Origin: Pseudomonadota bacterium
Lineage (GTDB): Bacteria > Desulfobacterota > Binatia > Binatales > Binataceae
Direction: 5' to 3'
Length of the DNA: 64,000 nucleotides
Assembly (NCBI GenBank): GCA_021323675.1
Contig: JAJPKP010000087.1
Coordinates: 10,654 to 74,653, forward strand
In this document: in pieces, positions 9,985-19,817 of the stretch
Layout: each line of letters begins with the position of its first letter
Position numbering within the stretch: position 1 is the stretch's first letter
Program-made: the position numbers and the translations under genes
Notes under the pieces: model-generated
Database searches by the model: none
What the model was told of the DNA's origin: nothing
What the model saw: only the letters and a program-made list of their open reading frames with translations

Positions 9985-10698
9985 ATGGCTGCCCCCATCG
10001 CCGATCGCATCGCCGCGATCGACTGGAGCAGGATTGAGGACGACCTCAACGATCGCGGCTATGCGCTGACCGGTCCGCTGCTTGACCCGGCTGAGTGCGC
10101 GAACCTGATCGCGATTTATGACGATCGCGACCGGTTCCGCAGCCGGATCGAGATGACCCGCTTCAACTACGGCGCGGGCGAGTACAAATACTTCGCATAT
10201 CCCCTGCCCTCGCCCGTGGCCGAACTCCGAAGCGCCCTTTACCGGCGGCTTGCGCCCATCGCAAACCGATGGTCGAGGATGCTGGGCGGCGGCGAACTTT
10301 ACCCGCGGTCGCTGACCGAATATTTGAAGCTGTGCCATTCGGCGGGTCAGGCGAGGCCGACTCCGCTGCTGCTTCGCTACCAGGCCGGCGGCTACAACTG
10401 CCTCCATCAGGACCTTTACGGAGAGCTCGCCTTTCCCCTTCAGTTCACCTGCGCGCTGAACCGGCGCGGACGAGACTATGAAGGCGGAGAGTCGCTGCTG
10501 GTCGAGCAGCGGCCGCGGGCACAATCGCGAGGAGAATCAATCAACCTGGACTTCGGTTGCGGAATAATTTTCCCAAACCGCTATCGTCCGGTAGCGGGCG
10601 CGCGCGGGCACTACCGCGCAACCGTGCGCCACGGCGTGAGCACGATCCGGAGCGGAACGCGCTGGGCGCTCGGGATAATCTTCCACGACGCGAAGTGA
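9985..10698 (+). CDS. 2OG-Fe(II) oxygenase, proline-hydroxylase-like (PF09859-type by recognition)
   Basis: 237 aa with LHQDLYGE..FPLQ, GGESLLVEQRPRAQSR and RHGVSTIRSGTRWALGIIFHDA. This matches my memory of the oxygenase family often found beside Ada/AlkB genes. Confidence 0.6.
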   Translation: MAAPIADRIAAIDWSRIEDDLNDRGYALTGPLLDPAECANLIAIYDDRDRFRSRIEMTRFNYGAGEYKYFAYPLPSPVAELRSALYRRLAPIANRWSRMLGGGELYPRSLTEYLKLCHSAGQARPTPLLLRYQAGGYNCLHQDLYGELAFPLQFTCALNRRGRDYEGGESLLVEQRPRAQSRGESINLDFGCGIIFPNRYRPVAGARGHYRATVRHGVSTIRSGTRWALGIIFHDAK

Positions 10699-10762
10699 GC
10701 GGAGCTCCGCCGCGAACAAGCCGCCGCGCGCCAAACCTCGCGGCGCTTAACAAACGCGGCGG

Positions 10763-12169
10763 TCAGTCCTTGATGCGGTTTATGCCGTCGAGCGCGGCGT
10801 TTTTGTAGCACTCCGCCAGGGTCGGATAGTTGAAGACGGTGTCGATGAAATAATCGACCTCGCCCTTCAGCGACAAGACCGCCTGCCCAATATGAATCAA
10901 TTCGACGGCGCCCTCGCCGATCGCGTGAACCCCGAGCAGCTCATGGGTCTCGCGATGGAAGATCAGTTTCAGGAAGCCGATCTCGTCGCCGATTATCTTG
11001 CCGCGTGCGACTTCCTTGTATTGCGCCTTGCCGATTTCATACGGGACGCCGTTATCGGTCAGTTCTTCTTCATTGCGTCCCACGAACGAGATCTCGGGGA
11101 TCGTGTAGATGCCATAGGGAAACAGCTCGGGCGCATGTTTCGCGGGGATGCCGAAGGCGTGGCAGACGGCGATACGCCCCTGTTCTTTTGAAGTCGAAGC
11201 GAGACTGGGAAATCCGATGACGTCGCCGGCGGCGTAGATATTTTCGACTTCCGTCCTGTAGCATTCGCCGGTCACTATCCGGCCGCGAGCGTCGGCGGAG
11301 ATTCCGGCCGCGGCAAGGTTCAATGAGGTGGTCGCACCGTTGCGGCCGGTGCTGGTCAGAACCTTGTCGGTGACGATCTGCTTGCCGCTGGCCAGGTTGG
11401 TGCGCACGCGGCGGATTCCGTCCTCGACGAAAGGCTCGACCGACGCGACTTCCTCGCCGAGCCGAAGCACCATCCGCCGCTCGCGCATATGGTAGGCGAG
11501 CGTATCGACGATTTCGGCATCGACGAACCCGAGCAGCCGAGGACGCTTGTCGATCAGCGTGACTCGAACGCCAAGAGCGGCGAACATGCTCGCGTATTCG
11601 CATCCGATCACCCCCGCGCCAATCACCGCAAGCGTGCGCGGCAGCTCGTCGAGCTGAAGGATGTCATCGCTGCAGAAGATGTCGCGTCCGTCGAGCGGCA
11701 TCCGCGGATCGCGTATCGACTCGGTACCGACCGCGACCACAATCTTGTCGGCCGTGATGGTGCGCGAGGCGCCGTCGCCCACGCGCTCGAGGCGCAGAGT
11801 ATGAGGATCGGCGAAGTTCGCCGCGGCGCTCGCCAGCTCGACGCCGTTGCGTAGCAACTGATCGCGCATCACGTCGATCTCGGTGCGCACCACCGGTTCG
11901 ACGCGGAACAGCAGATCCTGAAAAGTGATCTTTTCCTTGACCCGGTAGGAAGCGCCATATATCGAGTGCTCGCGATAGCCGGAAAGATAAATGATTGCTT
12001 CGCGGATGGTCTTGCTGGGGATGGTGCCGATGTTGACGCAGATGCCGCCGACGATGGGCTTGCGCTCGATGACGATGACCCGTTTGCGGAGCTTGGCCCC
12101 CTGTATCGCCGCGTGATGGCCGGCGGGACCGGACCCGATTACCGCGAGATCATAGTCGTATTGCGCCAT
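10763..12169 (-). CDS. sthA: Soluble pyridine nucleotide transhydrogenase (Si-specific)
   Basis: 468-aa flavoprotein disulfide-reductase fold with GSGPAGHHAA. GGICVNIGTIPSK has only one Cys where lipoamide dehydrogenases have CxxxxC, as in E. coli SthA (GGGCTHWGTIPSK). Confidence 0.7.
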   Translation of the reverse strand: MAQYDYDLAVIGSGPAGHHAAIQGAKLRKRVIVIERKPIVGGICVNIGTIPSKTIREAIIYLSGYREHSIYGASYRVKEKITFQDLLFRVEPVVRTEIDVMRDQLLRNGVELASAAANFADPHTLRLERVGDGASRTITADKIVVAVGTESIRDPRMPLDGRDIFCSDDILQLDELPRTLAVIGAGVIGCEYASMFAALGVRVTLIDKRPRLLGFVDAEIVDTLAYHMRERRMVLRLGEEVASVEPFVEDGIRRVRTNLASGKQIVTDKVLTSTGRNGATTSLNLAAAGISADARGRIVTGECYRTEVENIYAAGDVIGFPSLASTSKEQGRIAVCHAFGIPAKHAPELFPYGIYTIPEISFVGRNEEELTDNGVPYEIGKAQYKEVARGKIIGDEIGFLKLIFHRETHELLGVHAIGEGAVELIHIGQAVLSLKGEVDYFIDTVFNYPTLAECYKNAALDGINRIKD

Positions 12170-12455
12170 CGGATGTCCTGAAGCTCAGCCAAAGAGACTA
12201 TCAGGAAAGAGACGATAGCCGCGAATTGTTGCGGGAGGGTGAATACGGCGGGTCTCGCGGGCCAACTCCTTGTGTCGCGCCGGCTATTTTGCCACGAGCC
12301 CCCTATCCATCCGAATAGCTGCCCGAACTAGACCGGGAAGCACAATCCGGTAATCGCACCGAAACTCCGATCGAACCGACGGTCATCGCAAGCCGCCTGG
12401 GCGCCCTTGTCTGAGACATCACGCCCCGCATGAGACCTTGCCTCAGAGCGTCTTC

Positions 12456-13643
12456 TCAGTGCCCGTCTGCCGGAGGAGGCGCGTGGTCGGTTGGCTTTGG
12501 CGGAGCGATGCTTCCCTGCCTGATCAGATCTCCGATCGCGTAGTACTTCTGGATGTCGAGTTTTACCTGATCCAGTCCCGGGTCCGTCGCCGCGGTCAGC
12601 GATTGGGTCAAGGTCTGCAGTCCTTTGTCGAGACTGCAGAGGTCGTTGTAGTAGAGCGCGTCGGCGATGGCAGCCTCGACGGTATATTCGGTTATCGACC
12701 TTGCTTGCCGGCCCTGAACCGGAGCGGTGGAAAGGACTGCGGGGGTTGCGGCGGGCGACGCGCTTGCCGCCGGCGACGGGGATGCGGACGGACTGGCCTT
12801 GGGCAGCGCGGGCGTCCCCTCTTCCACCAGCGATCCGCGCAGCGCGAGCAGCCACTCCCGGCGGCTTTCGTCGATCGCCTGCACGATGGTCGCCACCAGC
12901 TTCTGCGCGAAGATGTCCGAATTGTATTCGGCCCGCGCCCCCGAAATCGCTCCCGTGACGCCCGCCAACGTCCGGGCGGCAACCGTGTTCGACACGATAC
13001 CGCCCGCGGCTCCGGTTCCCACCGCCGCCGTTCCCAGCACCAGATTCGTGTACGACTGGTAGGTGTTGAGATGCTGGGTGAACGCACGGCAGGCGGAATT
13101 TGACGCGGCAATCAGGCGCTCCTGCACCGCATTGCGGCGCATCTTCAAGTACTCGAGATCGCTATCGGGCGGCGCCACCGCGGAGGCCTGGAGCGTCAGG
13201 CGGCCCTGGTTCGGCGGGCTTTCCAGGGCCGCGCCCCGATTATTCAAAGCCGGACACTGGCCCGCCTTGTAGTTGTAGAAACAGTCGAACGCCCATTCGA
13301 TGCATTCGGGACGCTGATCCTGCGCGTCCGGGGAACTTCCGAACAGCGGATAGGAGGTCAGCGGAAGATTGGGACTCTGGCACTGCTCGCCGCCGGTGAG
13401 CAGCGGCACGACGTCGACCCGATCGAAGTGATTTTCCTGGCCGAACAGCACATAGCCGACTTTGCTGTTGCCGACATCGGCCCGTTCCTGGCCGATCACC
13501 GGATGGGCGCCGTTGATGTCGATATTGTTGCCGACTATCCAGTCGAGCGCGCCGCATCCGGCGATGGCATAGACGGCGGTAGCCGCCAGCACGCTCTTTA
13601 GAGCAGCGCGGGCGGGAACTCCGCGCGGTGCCTGACATCGCAT
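12456..13643 (-). CDS. Lipoprotein of unknown function
   Basis: 395-aa ORF with signal peptide and lipobox (VYAIAGC). It has a Cys-containing N-terminal region and an internal Ala/Ser/Pro linker (KASPSASPSPAASASPAATPA). I recognise no family. Confidence 0.55.
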   Translation of the reverse strand: MRCQAPRGVPARAALKSVLAATAVYAIAGCGALDWIVGNNIDINGAHPVIGQERADVGNSKVGYVLFGQENHFDRVDVVPLLTGGEQCQSPNLPLTSYPLFGSSPDAQDQRPECIEWAFDCFYNYKAGQCPALNNRGAALESPPNQGRLTLQASAVAPPDSDLEYLKMRRNAVQERLIAASNSACRAFTQHLNTYQSYTNLVLGTAAVGTGAAGGIVSNTVAARTLAGVTGAISGARAEYNSDIFAQKLVATIVQAIDESRREWLLALRGSLVEEGTPALPKASPSASPSPAASASPAATPAVLSTAPVQGRQARSITEYTVEAAIADALYYNDLCSLDKGLQTLTQSLTAATDPGLDQVKLDIQKYYAIGDLIRQGSIAPPKPTDHAPPPADGH

Positions 13644-13865
13644 ATCCCGTTCCCCCTTTTTTGTCCGTGCGGGAAGTGGCGAGATGCTGTAGCTCGTGGA
13701 TAATCGGGCGCACCGCTTATGTCAAGTTTCTTTCCGCTTTGCGCTCACTCCGCGTGAGTAGCCCCAACCTCGTAGTGAGCCGATTCCAAGCCGCGGGCAT
13801 TAGAGGGTTTTTCGGAGTACACTGGTGAAAATGCCCCGAGTTGCGGGCCTACCGGAGGAATTGCG

Positions 13866-14258
13866 ATGAGCGCGGATCAAATGAGGCAGCCGCTCCGCCC
13901 CGCCGAAGGCGGAATCGTGGCCTTCAGACTCGCCGACGAAATCGCGCGTCTCAAATCCGGCGCCGAATGGCAAAACGGCGATCGTCATGCCGTCAGCCTG
14001 GTCAAAGATGACGCGTTGAACGTGCTTCTGATGGCGCTCAAGAAGGGCGCACGGCTTCATCCCCATCGCGTCAAAGGTCCGATTGTCGTCCAGCTTCTGT
14101 CCGGCCAGATTCGGGTGAGCGCCGACGGACATGAATGCGCGATGTCGGCCGGTGAAATGCTCGCTTTCGATCGCGGCGTCGCTCATGGCGTCGATGCGGT
14201 TGAAGAGAGCGTGATGCTGCTGACGACCGCGATCGAGCGAGCGGCGGACGCCGCCTAG
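13866..14258 (+). CDS. Cupin domain protein
   Basis: 130 aa. The G-x5-H-x-H-like region (GARLHPHRVKGPIVVQLLSGQIRV) and size fit a small cupin. RBS GGAGGA. Confidence 0.6.
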   Translation: MSADQMRQPLRPAEGGIVAFRLADEIARLKSGAEWQNGDRHAVSLVKDDALNVLLMALKKGARLHPHRVKGPIVVQLLSGQIRVSADGHECAMSAGEMLAFDRGVAHGVDAVEESVMLLTTAIERAADAA

Positions 14259-14337
14259 CACCGGCGCGAGCGCTTCCCTGATTGGCGCTTTAAGGTGTAT
14301 TTTAAATGCTGCTATTAGCAGAGGCAGGTAACTCGCG

Positions 14338-15066
14338 ATGAATCCCGATATTGAACTCACCGTTGCGGCCGCTGAGCAGACAGAACAGGTCTTCGACGCC
14401 CTCGAACGGCTTGCCGTGAATCACGCGATGGAACTGACCATCGCCGGCTCCGAAAACGTTCCCGCCTTTCTGACGGCGCTGCGGCAGCGCCGCCCTGACT
14501 CGCTCGACTGGTGGCCGCTGGAAGATGCGGAGGACGCGGTGCGCGTCCTGGTCGTGCGTCGCGAGCCGCGGCCGCGCTCGATTGCCGAGTTTCTCGGCGG
14601 CGACCATCATCGCCTGACAGGCTACTGGCAGGAATTTCTCGGCGCGGTGCAGGCGTGCGCGCGCTCATACGAAACCGTTTTCACCACCGAGTCAGGCCAT
14701 CGGACGGTCGCGGTACGCCGGCTTTCCGAGTTCATCTTCGGACTGCGGAGACACATTCGGATGGAAGAGGAGTTGTTTTTCCCGATACTGGAGGAGAAGG
14801 CGGGAATTCCGGCAGGCGCGGGCCCGACGGCGGTGATGCGCGCCGAGCATCGCCAGATTCGGCAGCTTCTGGACGCTATGGAAAAGGATCTTCTCGGCGG
14901 CTTTTGCGCGACTCTCATCCAGGCAATCGAGAACCAGCCCGCGCAACTCTCTTCCCTCCTGCGCAGCCACGACATGAAGGAGGAGAACGTGCTTTATCCT
15001 CTGGCGGATCGAGTGTTGACCGAGGCCGATCGCGACGCGTTGTGCCTCAGGATGCAGGCGATCTGA
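14338..15066 (+). CDS. DUF2249 plus hemerythrin-like (HHE cation-binding) domain protein
   Basis: The N-terminal ~80 aa resemble DUF2249. The C-terminal half has hemerythrin-type metal ligand spacing: DHHRL, H-x-x-MEEE-x-FFP, EH-x-x-I and H-x-x-KEE-x-x-LYP. Confidence 0.6.
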   Translation: MNPDIELTVAAAEQTEQVFDALERLAVNHAMELTIAGSENVPAFLTALRQRRPDSLDWWPLEDAEDAVRVLVVRREPRPRSIAEFLGGDHHRLTGYWQEFLGAVQACARSYETVFTTESGHRTVAVRRLSEFIFGLRRHIRMEEELFFPILEEKAGIPAGAGPTAVMRAEHRQIRQLLDAMEKDLLGGFCATLIQAIENQPAQLSSLLRSHDMKEENVLYPLADRVLTEADRDALCLRMQAI

Positions 15067-15078
15067 CGGGCGCCGAGC

Positions 15079-16809
15079 TCAGATGGGCATGCGATAGCCG
15101 TAGAATTCGTGATCCTCGTTGTAGCCGCCCTGGCCCTCGCCCAGATGGCGGAAGTCGCTTACGAACTCGATCGCTTCGATCCACTTCACCTGCTTGAAAC
15201 CGAGTTCGTTCTCGCATCGCAGCCGAAGCGGAGCGCCGTGAACGACCGTGAGCGGCTTTCCGTTCATCTCGTACGCGACGATCGTCAGGGAATGCCGCAT
15301 GTTGTCGATCGAGTGGACGTCGTAGTAGCGGCCTCCGTCGGCGCCGGGTGCAAATGAATAGAACACGGCATAGCGCGCTTCGGGAAGCGGCTTGACCGCC
15401 TCGACTATCTCGCGCATCGGCACCCCGCCCCACTTCGCGACCCCGGACCATCCCTGGATGCAAAAGTGCGCGGTGATTTGCTCCTGGCGGGTCATCGACT
15501 TGAGTTCGGCAAAGGTAAATTCCCGGGGCTTCTGGACCATCCCGTCCACGCGCAGGCGGTAACCCGCGAAGCCGGTCTTGACCAGCGACTCATAAGTCTC
15601 CGAATCCGGCATCGTCCCGTTCGGCCAGAAGAATGGTGAAATGTCCTTCTCCGAATATTGCGTCCTGACGTCCCACCATTCTCCGAACGCATCGAGCGGT
15701 CCGAGCAGGAAGCGCCCGGCCTTTTGCACGATCCGCGCATGCCTGATTGTGAACGGTGACGCGGCAAGCCACACCGCCGCCACCACCAGCATCGCCACCG
15801 CGAAAATTTCGAGGCCCAGCGGACTGTCGTTGTTGAGGCCGGCAAACATGTGATTGACGTTGTGGCGAAGGCCCGTAACGAACACCATCGTCACATGGAC
15901 GCAGACGAACATGATGAACCAGCACAGAATCAGAAAATGGATCGATCGCGCGGCCTGCCGATTGAACCTTCGCCCAAACCATCCGAGCTTGTTGGAGATC
16001 GCGGGCGCCTGCATCAGCCCGCTCACAATCGCAATCGGCGCCGCGATAAAGACCGTCATGAAGTAGGTCAGTTTCTGCAGGCTGTTGAAGTAAAGCCATC
16101 CGTCATTGGGCGGAAACCGCAGCGACAGATACTGGAGGATGGTCGAGAGAGCGTTGGGAAAAATCTCCCAGGACATCGGCACCAGCCGCTGGCATTGATG
16201 CGTGCTGAACAGCAGCACGTAAAAAATCACCCCGTTCACCACCCACAGCAGATCGAACGAGAAGTGCCACCATCGCGCCAGGCCAATCGTGTGCCTCATC
16301 CCGGGAATCCCGAGCCATCCCGGAAGAGTCACCGAGTCATCCTTGGCCGTCCACAGGCGGTCCCTGGGAACCTCGTGCTGAAAGCGGAACCATTCAGTGC
16401 CGGGCGTCGAATCGCGGTTCCAGTAAAGGCGCGGATGGTCGGCGAGAATCTGGATGCCGGCCCGGATGATGAGCATCATGAAAAGCAGGTTGAAAAAGTG
16501 CTGCCATCGCAACCACGCCGGGTATCCTGAATAATCGGCGGGCACTGAAGTGACGGTGCCGGGGTAGCGCGCGATAAATTCCTGCACCGCCGGAATTCGG
16601 CGCAGCTCCTGCCCAATCGCGATCCCGACGATCAGCATCAGCCCCGCGATCGGAATAAGCCAGAACACGTTGAACCATCGTTGGCCCACGCGGAAGTGCG
16701 GCATGGTTCCGTACCGCGGCGGCAGCCAGTGGCTCAGCCGTATTCGATCGTCCGCGTGAGTGAGCTCTCCTTCCAGAACATCCGTTGCAACGCAGCTTGT
16801 CTCGTTCAT
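15079..16809 (-). CDS. Fused membrane cytochrome-b-like domain and molybdopterin oxidoreductase (MsrQ/MsrP-like fusion)
   Basis: 576 aa. The N-terminal ~380 aa has multiple hydrophobic helices with conserved His (WQHFFNLLF, WWHFSFDLLW, SIHFLILCWFIMFVCVHVTMV). The C-terminal ~190 aa is a sulfite-oxidase-family Mo domain (ITAHFCIQGWSGVAKWGGVP, PLRLRCENELGFKQVKWIEAIEF). Confidence 0.7.
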   Translation of the reverse strand: MNETSCVATDVLEGELTHADDRIRLSHWLPPRYGTMPHFRVGQRWFNVFWLIPIAGLMLIVGIAIGQELRRIPAVQEFIARYPGTVTSVPADYSGYPAWLRWQHFFNLLFMMLIIRAGIQILADHPRLYWNRDSTPGTEWFRFQHEVPRDRLWTAKDDSVTLPGWLGIPGMRHTIGLARWWHFSFDLLWVVNGVIFYVLLFSTHQCQRLVPMSWEIFPNALSTILQYLSLRFPPNDGWLYFNSLQKLTYFMTVFIAAPIAIVSGLMQAPAISNKLGWFGRRFNRQAARSIHFLILCWFIMFVCVHVTMVFVTGLRHNVNHMFAGLNNDSPLGLEIFAVAMLVVAAVWLAASPFTIRHARIVQKAGRFLLGPLDAFGEWWDVRTQYSEKDISPFFWPNGTMPDSETYESLVKTGFAGYRLRVDGMVQKPREFTFAELKSMTRQEQITAHFCIQGWSGVAKWGGVPMREIVEAVKPLPEARYAVFYSFAPGADGGRYYDVHSIDNMRHSLTIVAYEMNGKPLTVVHGAPLRLRCENELGFKQVKWIEAIEFVSDFRHLGEGQGGYNEDHEFYGYRMPI

Positions 16810-16836
16810 CGGAGTAAAAGCAGTTCAAATGTAAAG

Positions 16837-16884
16837 GCGCGGCGGCGATGCGCCGCGCAATTCGCGGGGGCTGAGAGCCCCCGC
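16837..16884 (-). terminator. Two GC-rich hairpins downstream of pgi
   Basis: Hairpin 16864-16884 has a 9-bp stem gcgggggct/agcccccgc with loop gag. Hairpin 16837-16858 has an 8-bp stem gcgcggcg/cgccgcgc with a 6-nt loop. On the minus strand the second is followed by CTTTACATTT. The first begins about 10 nt after the pgi stop. Confidence 0.45.
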
Positions 16885-16893
16885 CCCCACTTG

Positions 16894-18522
16894 TCAGCGT
16901 CCCGAACGCAGACGCCGATATCGCCGTATCAGAGCGTTGGTCGAACTGTCGTGCTTCAGGTCGGGCTCGGACGAGCTTTCCAATTCGGGGATAATTCGTT
17001 TGGCGAGCACCTTGCCCAACTCGACCCCCCATTGATCGAACGAGTCGATGTCCCAGATAGCGCCCTGGGTAAACACATTGTGTTCATAGAGGGCGACCAG
17101 GCTGCCGAGCGTGCGCGGAGTCAGCTTGTCCGCCAGGATCACATTGGTCGGCCGATTTCCCTCGCAGACGCGGAACGGCGTCTGAAAGTCAGGAGATCCT
17201 TCCGCCTTCAGTTCTTCCGGAGTCTTTCCGAATGCGAGCGCCTCCGCCTGCGCGAAGACGTTGGACATCAGGAGGTCGTGATGCTCTTTCAGCGCGCTAA
17301 GCGGCCGGCAGAAGCCGATCAGATCGCACGGAATGAGTTTCGTGCCCTGATGGATAAGCTGGTAGAAGGAATGCTGCCCGTCGGTGCCGGGCTCGCCCCA
17401 GATAATCGGTCCGGTCTGCACGCCGACATGATTGCCGTCGAGATCGACGTGCTTGCCGTTGCTCTCCATCTGCAACTGCTGGAGATAGGCGGGAAAGCGC
17501 CGCAGGTTGTCGGAGTAAGGCATGATGCCGATGGTCTGCGCGCCGAAAAAATTGTTGTACCAGACCGTGAGCAGACCCATCAGAACCGGCAGGTTCTTTT
17601 CGAGCGGCGCGGTGCAGAAGTGCTCGTCCATCGCGCGGAATCCGCCCAGCAGCTCGCGGTAATTCTCCGGCCCGATCGCGATCATCGTGGAGAGCCCGAT
17701 CGCCGAGTCCATCGAATATCGCCCACCGACCCAGTCCCAGAAGCCGAACATGTTGGCGGTGTCGATTCCGAACTTGCGCACCTCGGCCTCGTTGGTCGAA
17801 ACCGCGACGAAGTGGCGCGCGACCGCCGCATCGCTTCCGAGCTTCTCAACGATCCAGCGGCGCGCGGTGGCCGCGTTGGTCATCGTCTCGAGCGTGGTGA
17901 AGGTCTTTGAGGAGATGATGAACAGAGTCTCGGCGGGATCGAGATCGTGGGTCGCTTCGGCGAACGCGGCGCCGTCGACATTGGCGACGAACCGGAAGGT
18001 CATCGCGCGGTCGCTGACGTCGCGCAGCGCCGCATAGGCCATCTCCGGTCCCAGGTACGATCCGCCGATTCCGATATTGATCACGTTGCGGATGCGCTTG
18101 CCGGTGTGCCCCTTCCATTCGCCGCTGCGCACGCGATTGGAAAATTGCGCCATCTTGTCCAGCACCGCGTGCACTTCCGGCACCACGTCCTTGCCATCGA
18201 CCCTGATCTCGACTCCCTTGGGGGCGCGCAGTGCGACGTGCAGCACCGCGCGTTTTTCGGTGATGTTGATTTTCTCGCCGCGAAACATCGCGTCGCGCCG
18301 TTCGGCGACTCCCCGCTCCTTCGCGAGTTGAAGCAACAGGCCGACGGTCTCGGCGGTGATTCGGTTCTTCGAATAATCGAGGTAGAGTCCCGCTCCTTCG
18401 GCGGCAAGCTTCTGTCCGCGCGAGGGATCTTCGGCGAACAGCCGGCGGAGATGAAGGTCTTTTATCTTTTCGTAGTGCGATTGCAGCGCACGCCACGCGG
18501 GGGTATCGGTCGGTCGGGCCAT
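16894..18522 (-). CDS. pgi: Glucose-6-phosphate isomerase
   Basis: ATG at 18522 ([13 protein letters not shown]..) is preceded by GAGGAGG. PGI motifs include [13 protein letters not shown]. 542 aa. The track ORF start at 18594 is an extension. Confidence 0.9.
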   Translation of the reverse strand: MARPTDTPAWRALQSHYEKIKDLHLRRLFAEDPSRGQKLAAEGAGLYLDYSKNRITAETVGLLLQLAKERGVAERRDAMFRGEKINITEKRAVLHVALRAPKGVEIRVDGKDVVPEVHAVLDKMAQFSNRVRSGEWKGHTGKRIRNVINIGIGGSYLGPEMAYAALRDVSDRAMTFRFVANVDGAAFAEATHDLDPAETLFIISSKTFTTLETMTNAATARRWIVEKLGSDAAVARHFVAVSTNEAEVRKFGIDTANMFGFWDWVGGRYSMDSAIGLSTMIAIGPENYRELLGGFRAMDEHFCTAPLEKNLPVLMGLLTVWYNNFFGAQTIGIMPYSDNLRRFPAYLQQLQMESNGKHVDLDGNHVGVQTGPIIWGEPGTDGQHSFYQLIHQGTKLIPCDLIGFCRPLSALKEHHDLLMSNVFAQAEALAFGKTPEELKAEGSPDFQTPFRVCEGNRPTNVILADKLTPRTLGSLVALYEHNVFTQGAIWDIDSFDQWGVELGKVLAKRIIPELESSSEPDLKHDSSTNALIRRYRRLRSGR

Positions 18523-18542
18523 CGCTTCAATCCTCCTCGCTT

Positions 18543-19619
18543 TTACCTGAGCGCCTTGCTCTTCGACTCGATTGACTTGAGCAGGTCCTGCCACGAATCG
18601 ACGAAGGCTTTGGCGCCCTCCTTCTGCAGATCCTCGCCGAGTTTCGCGACGTTCACGCCCGCCTTGCCGAAGTCCGCGATCACCCGATCGCAGTCTCCGC
18701 CATCGCGCGGGAGCGTGTTGTCCACCTTTCCGTGATCGCCGAAGGCAAGCAGCGTCTCTTCCGGCATCGTGTTGATGGTATTGGGAGCGGCAAGCTCGCC
18801 GATATAAAGCACGTCAGAAGCCTTCGGATCCTTGGTGCCGGTGCTTGCGAACAGCAGCCGCTGCGGCCGCGCGCCCAGTCCCTCAAGCCGCTGCCATCGG
18901 TCTGAATCGAGCAGTTCGCGATAAGCGCGGTAAGTCTGGCGCGCGATTGCGGGGCCCAGCCGGTCGCGGAGATTGTCGGGCACCTTGTCCATCGTCGCCT
19001 TGTCCCATCGGCTTACGAACAGCGACGCGACGGAGCGGACGTCGGGGCTGAGCCCCGCCGCAATCCGCCGCTCGAGGCCTTTCATGTACGCATCGGCCGC
19101 CGCGACGTAATGATCCCGCGTGAAGATCAGAGTTACGTTGACGCTCACTCCCGAGAAAATCGCCTCTTCGATAGCCGGGAGTCCTTCGCGGGTGCCGGGA
19201 ATCTTGATGAACAGATTGCGCCGCCGCGCTTTTCGATAGAGCCGCTTCGCTTCCGCGACGGTGGCCTGCGCGTCGTACGCAAGCAGCGGCGAGACTTCCA
19301 GCGAGACCCAGCCGTCAACGGTCGCGCTGTGCTCGTGGATCGGAGCAAACAGATCGGCCGCGCGAGAGAGATCTTCGATTGCGAGCTCGAAAAACAGCGC
19401 CTCGCCCGAGCATCCGCGCGCGGTCAGATCGCGAACCTCGCGGTCGTAGGATTTGCTGTGCGTGATGGCGTGGTCGAAGATGGTCGGGTTTGAGGTCAGT
19501 CCGGTTACGGAGAGATCGTCGATGTAGCGTTTGAGCGTGCCGCTGTCGAGCAACTCGCGCGTGATGTTGTCGAGCCATAGGCTCTGTCCGAGATGGTTCA
19601 ATTGCTGGGTGGGTTTCAC
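18543..19619 (-). CDS. tal: Transaldolase
   Basis: GTG at 19619 is preceded by GGAGGAG with a 7-nt spacer. Sequence includes [22 protein letters not shown] and NLFIKIPGT (Schiff-base Lys region). 358 aa. The track start at 19784 is an extension. Confidence 0.85.
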   Translation of the reverse strand: MKPTQQLNHLGQSLWLDNITRELLDSGTLKRYIDDLSVTGLTSNPTIFDHAITHSKSYDREVRDLTARGCSGEALFFELAIEDLSRAADLFAPIHEHSATVDGWVSLEVSPLLAYDAQATVAEAKRLYRKARRRNLFIKIPGTREGLPAIEEAIFSGVSVNVTLIFTRDHYVAAADAYMKGLERRIAAGLSPDVRSVASLFVSRWDKATMDKVPDNLRDRLGPAIARQTYRAYRELLDSDRWQRLEGLGARPQRLLFASTGTKDPKASDVLYIGELAAPNTINTMPEETLLAFGDHGKVDNTLPRDGGDCDRVIADFGKAGVNVAKLGEDLQKEGAKAFVDSWQDLLKSIESKSKALR

Positions 19620-19817
19620 GTTTCCGCTCCTCCGCCCTCGAGATGCCGGCTCCAGGGCAGTTTTCGCATCGTTGCGTAACGCCGCCGTTGGGAAAAAATC
19701 GCGAGCGCGCGGCTTTTCCGGGCGGCATCCGAATTGTGACCGTTTACCATCAAGTCTGATGCAAACTCTCGCGCAATGCATCACCTGTTCCGCTCGGAAC
19801 AGGCGGCCGGGCCGAAA

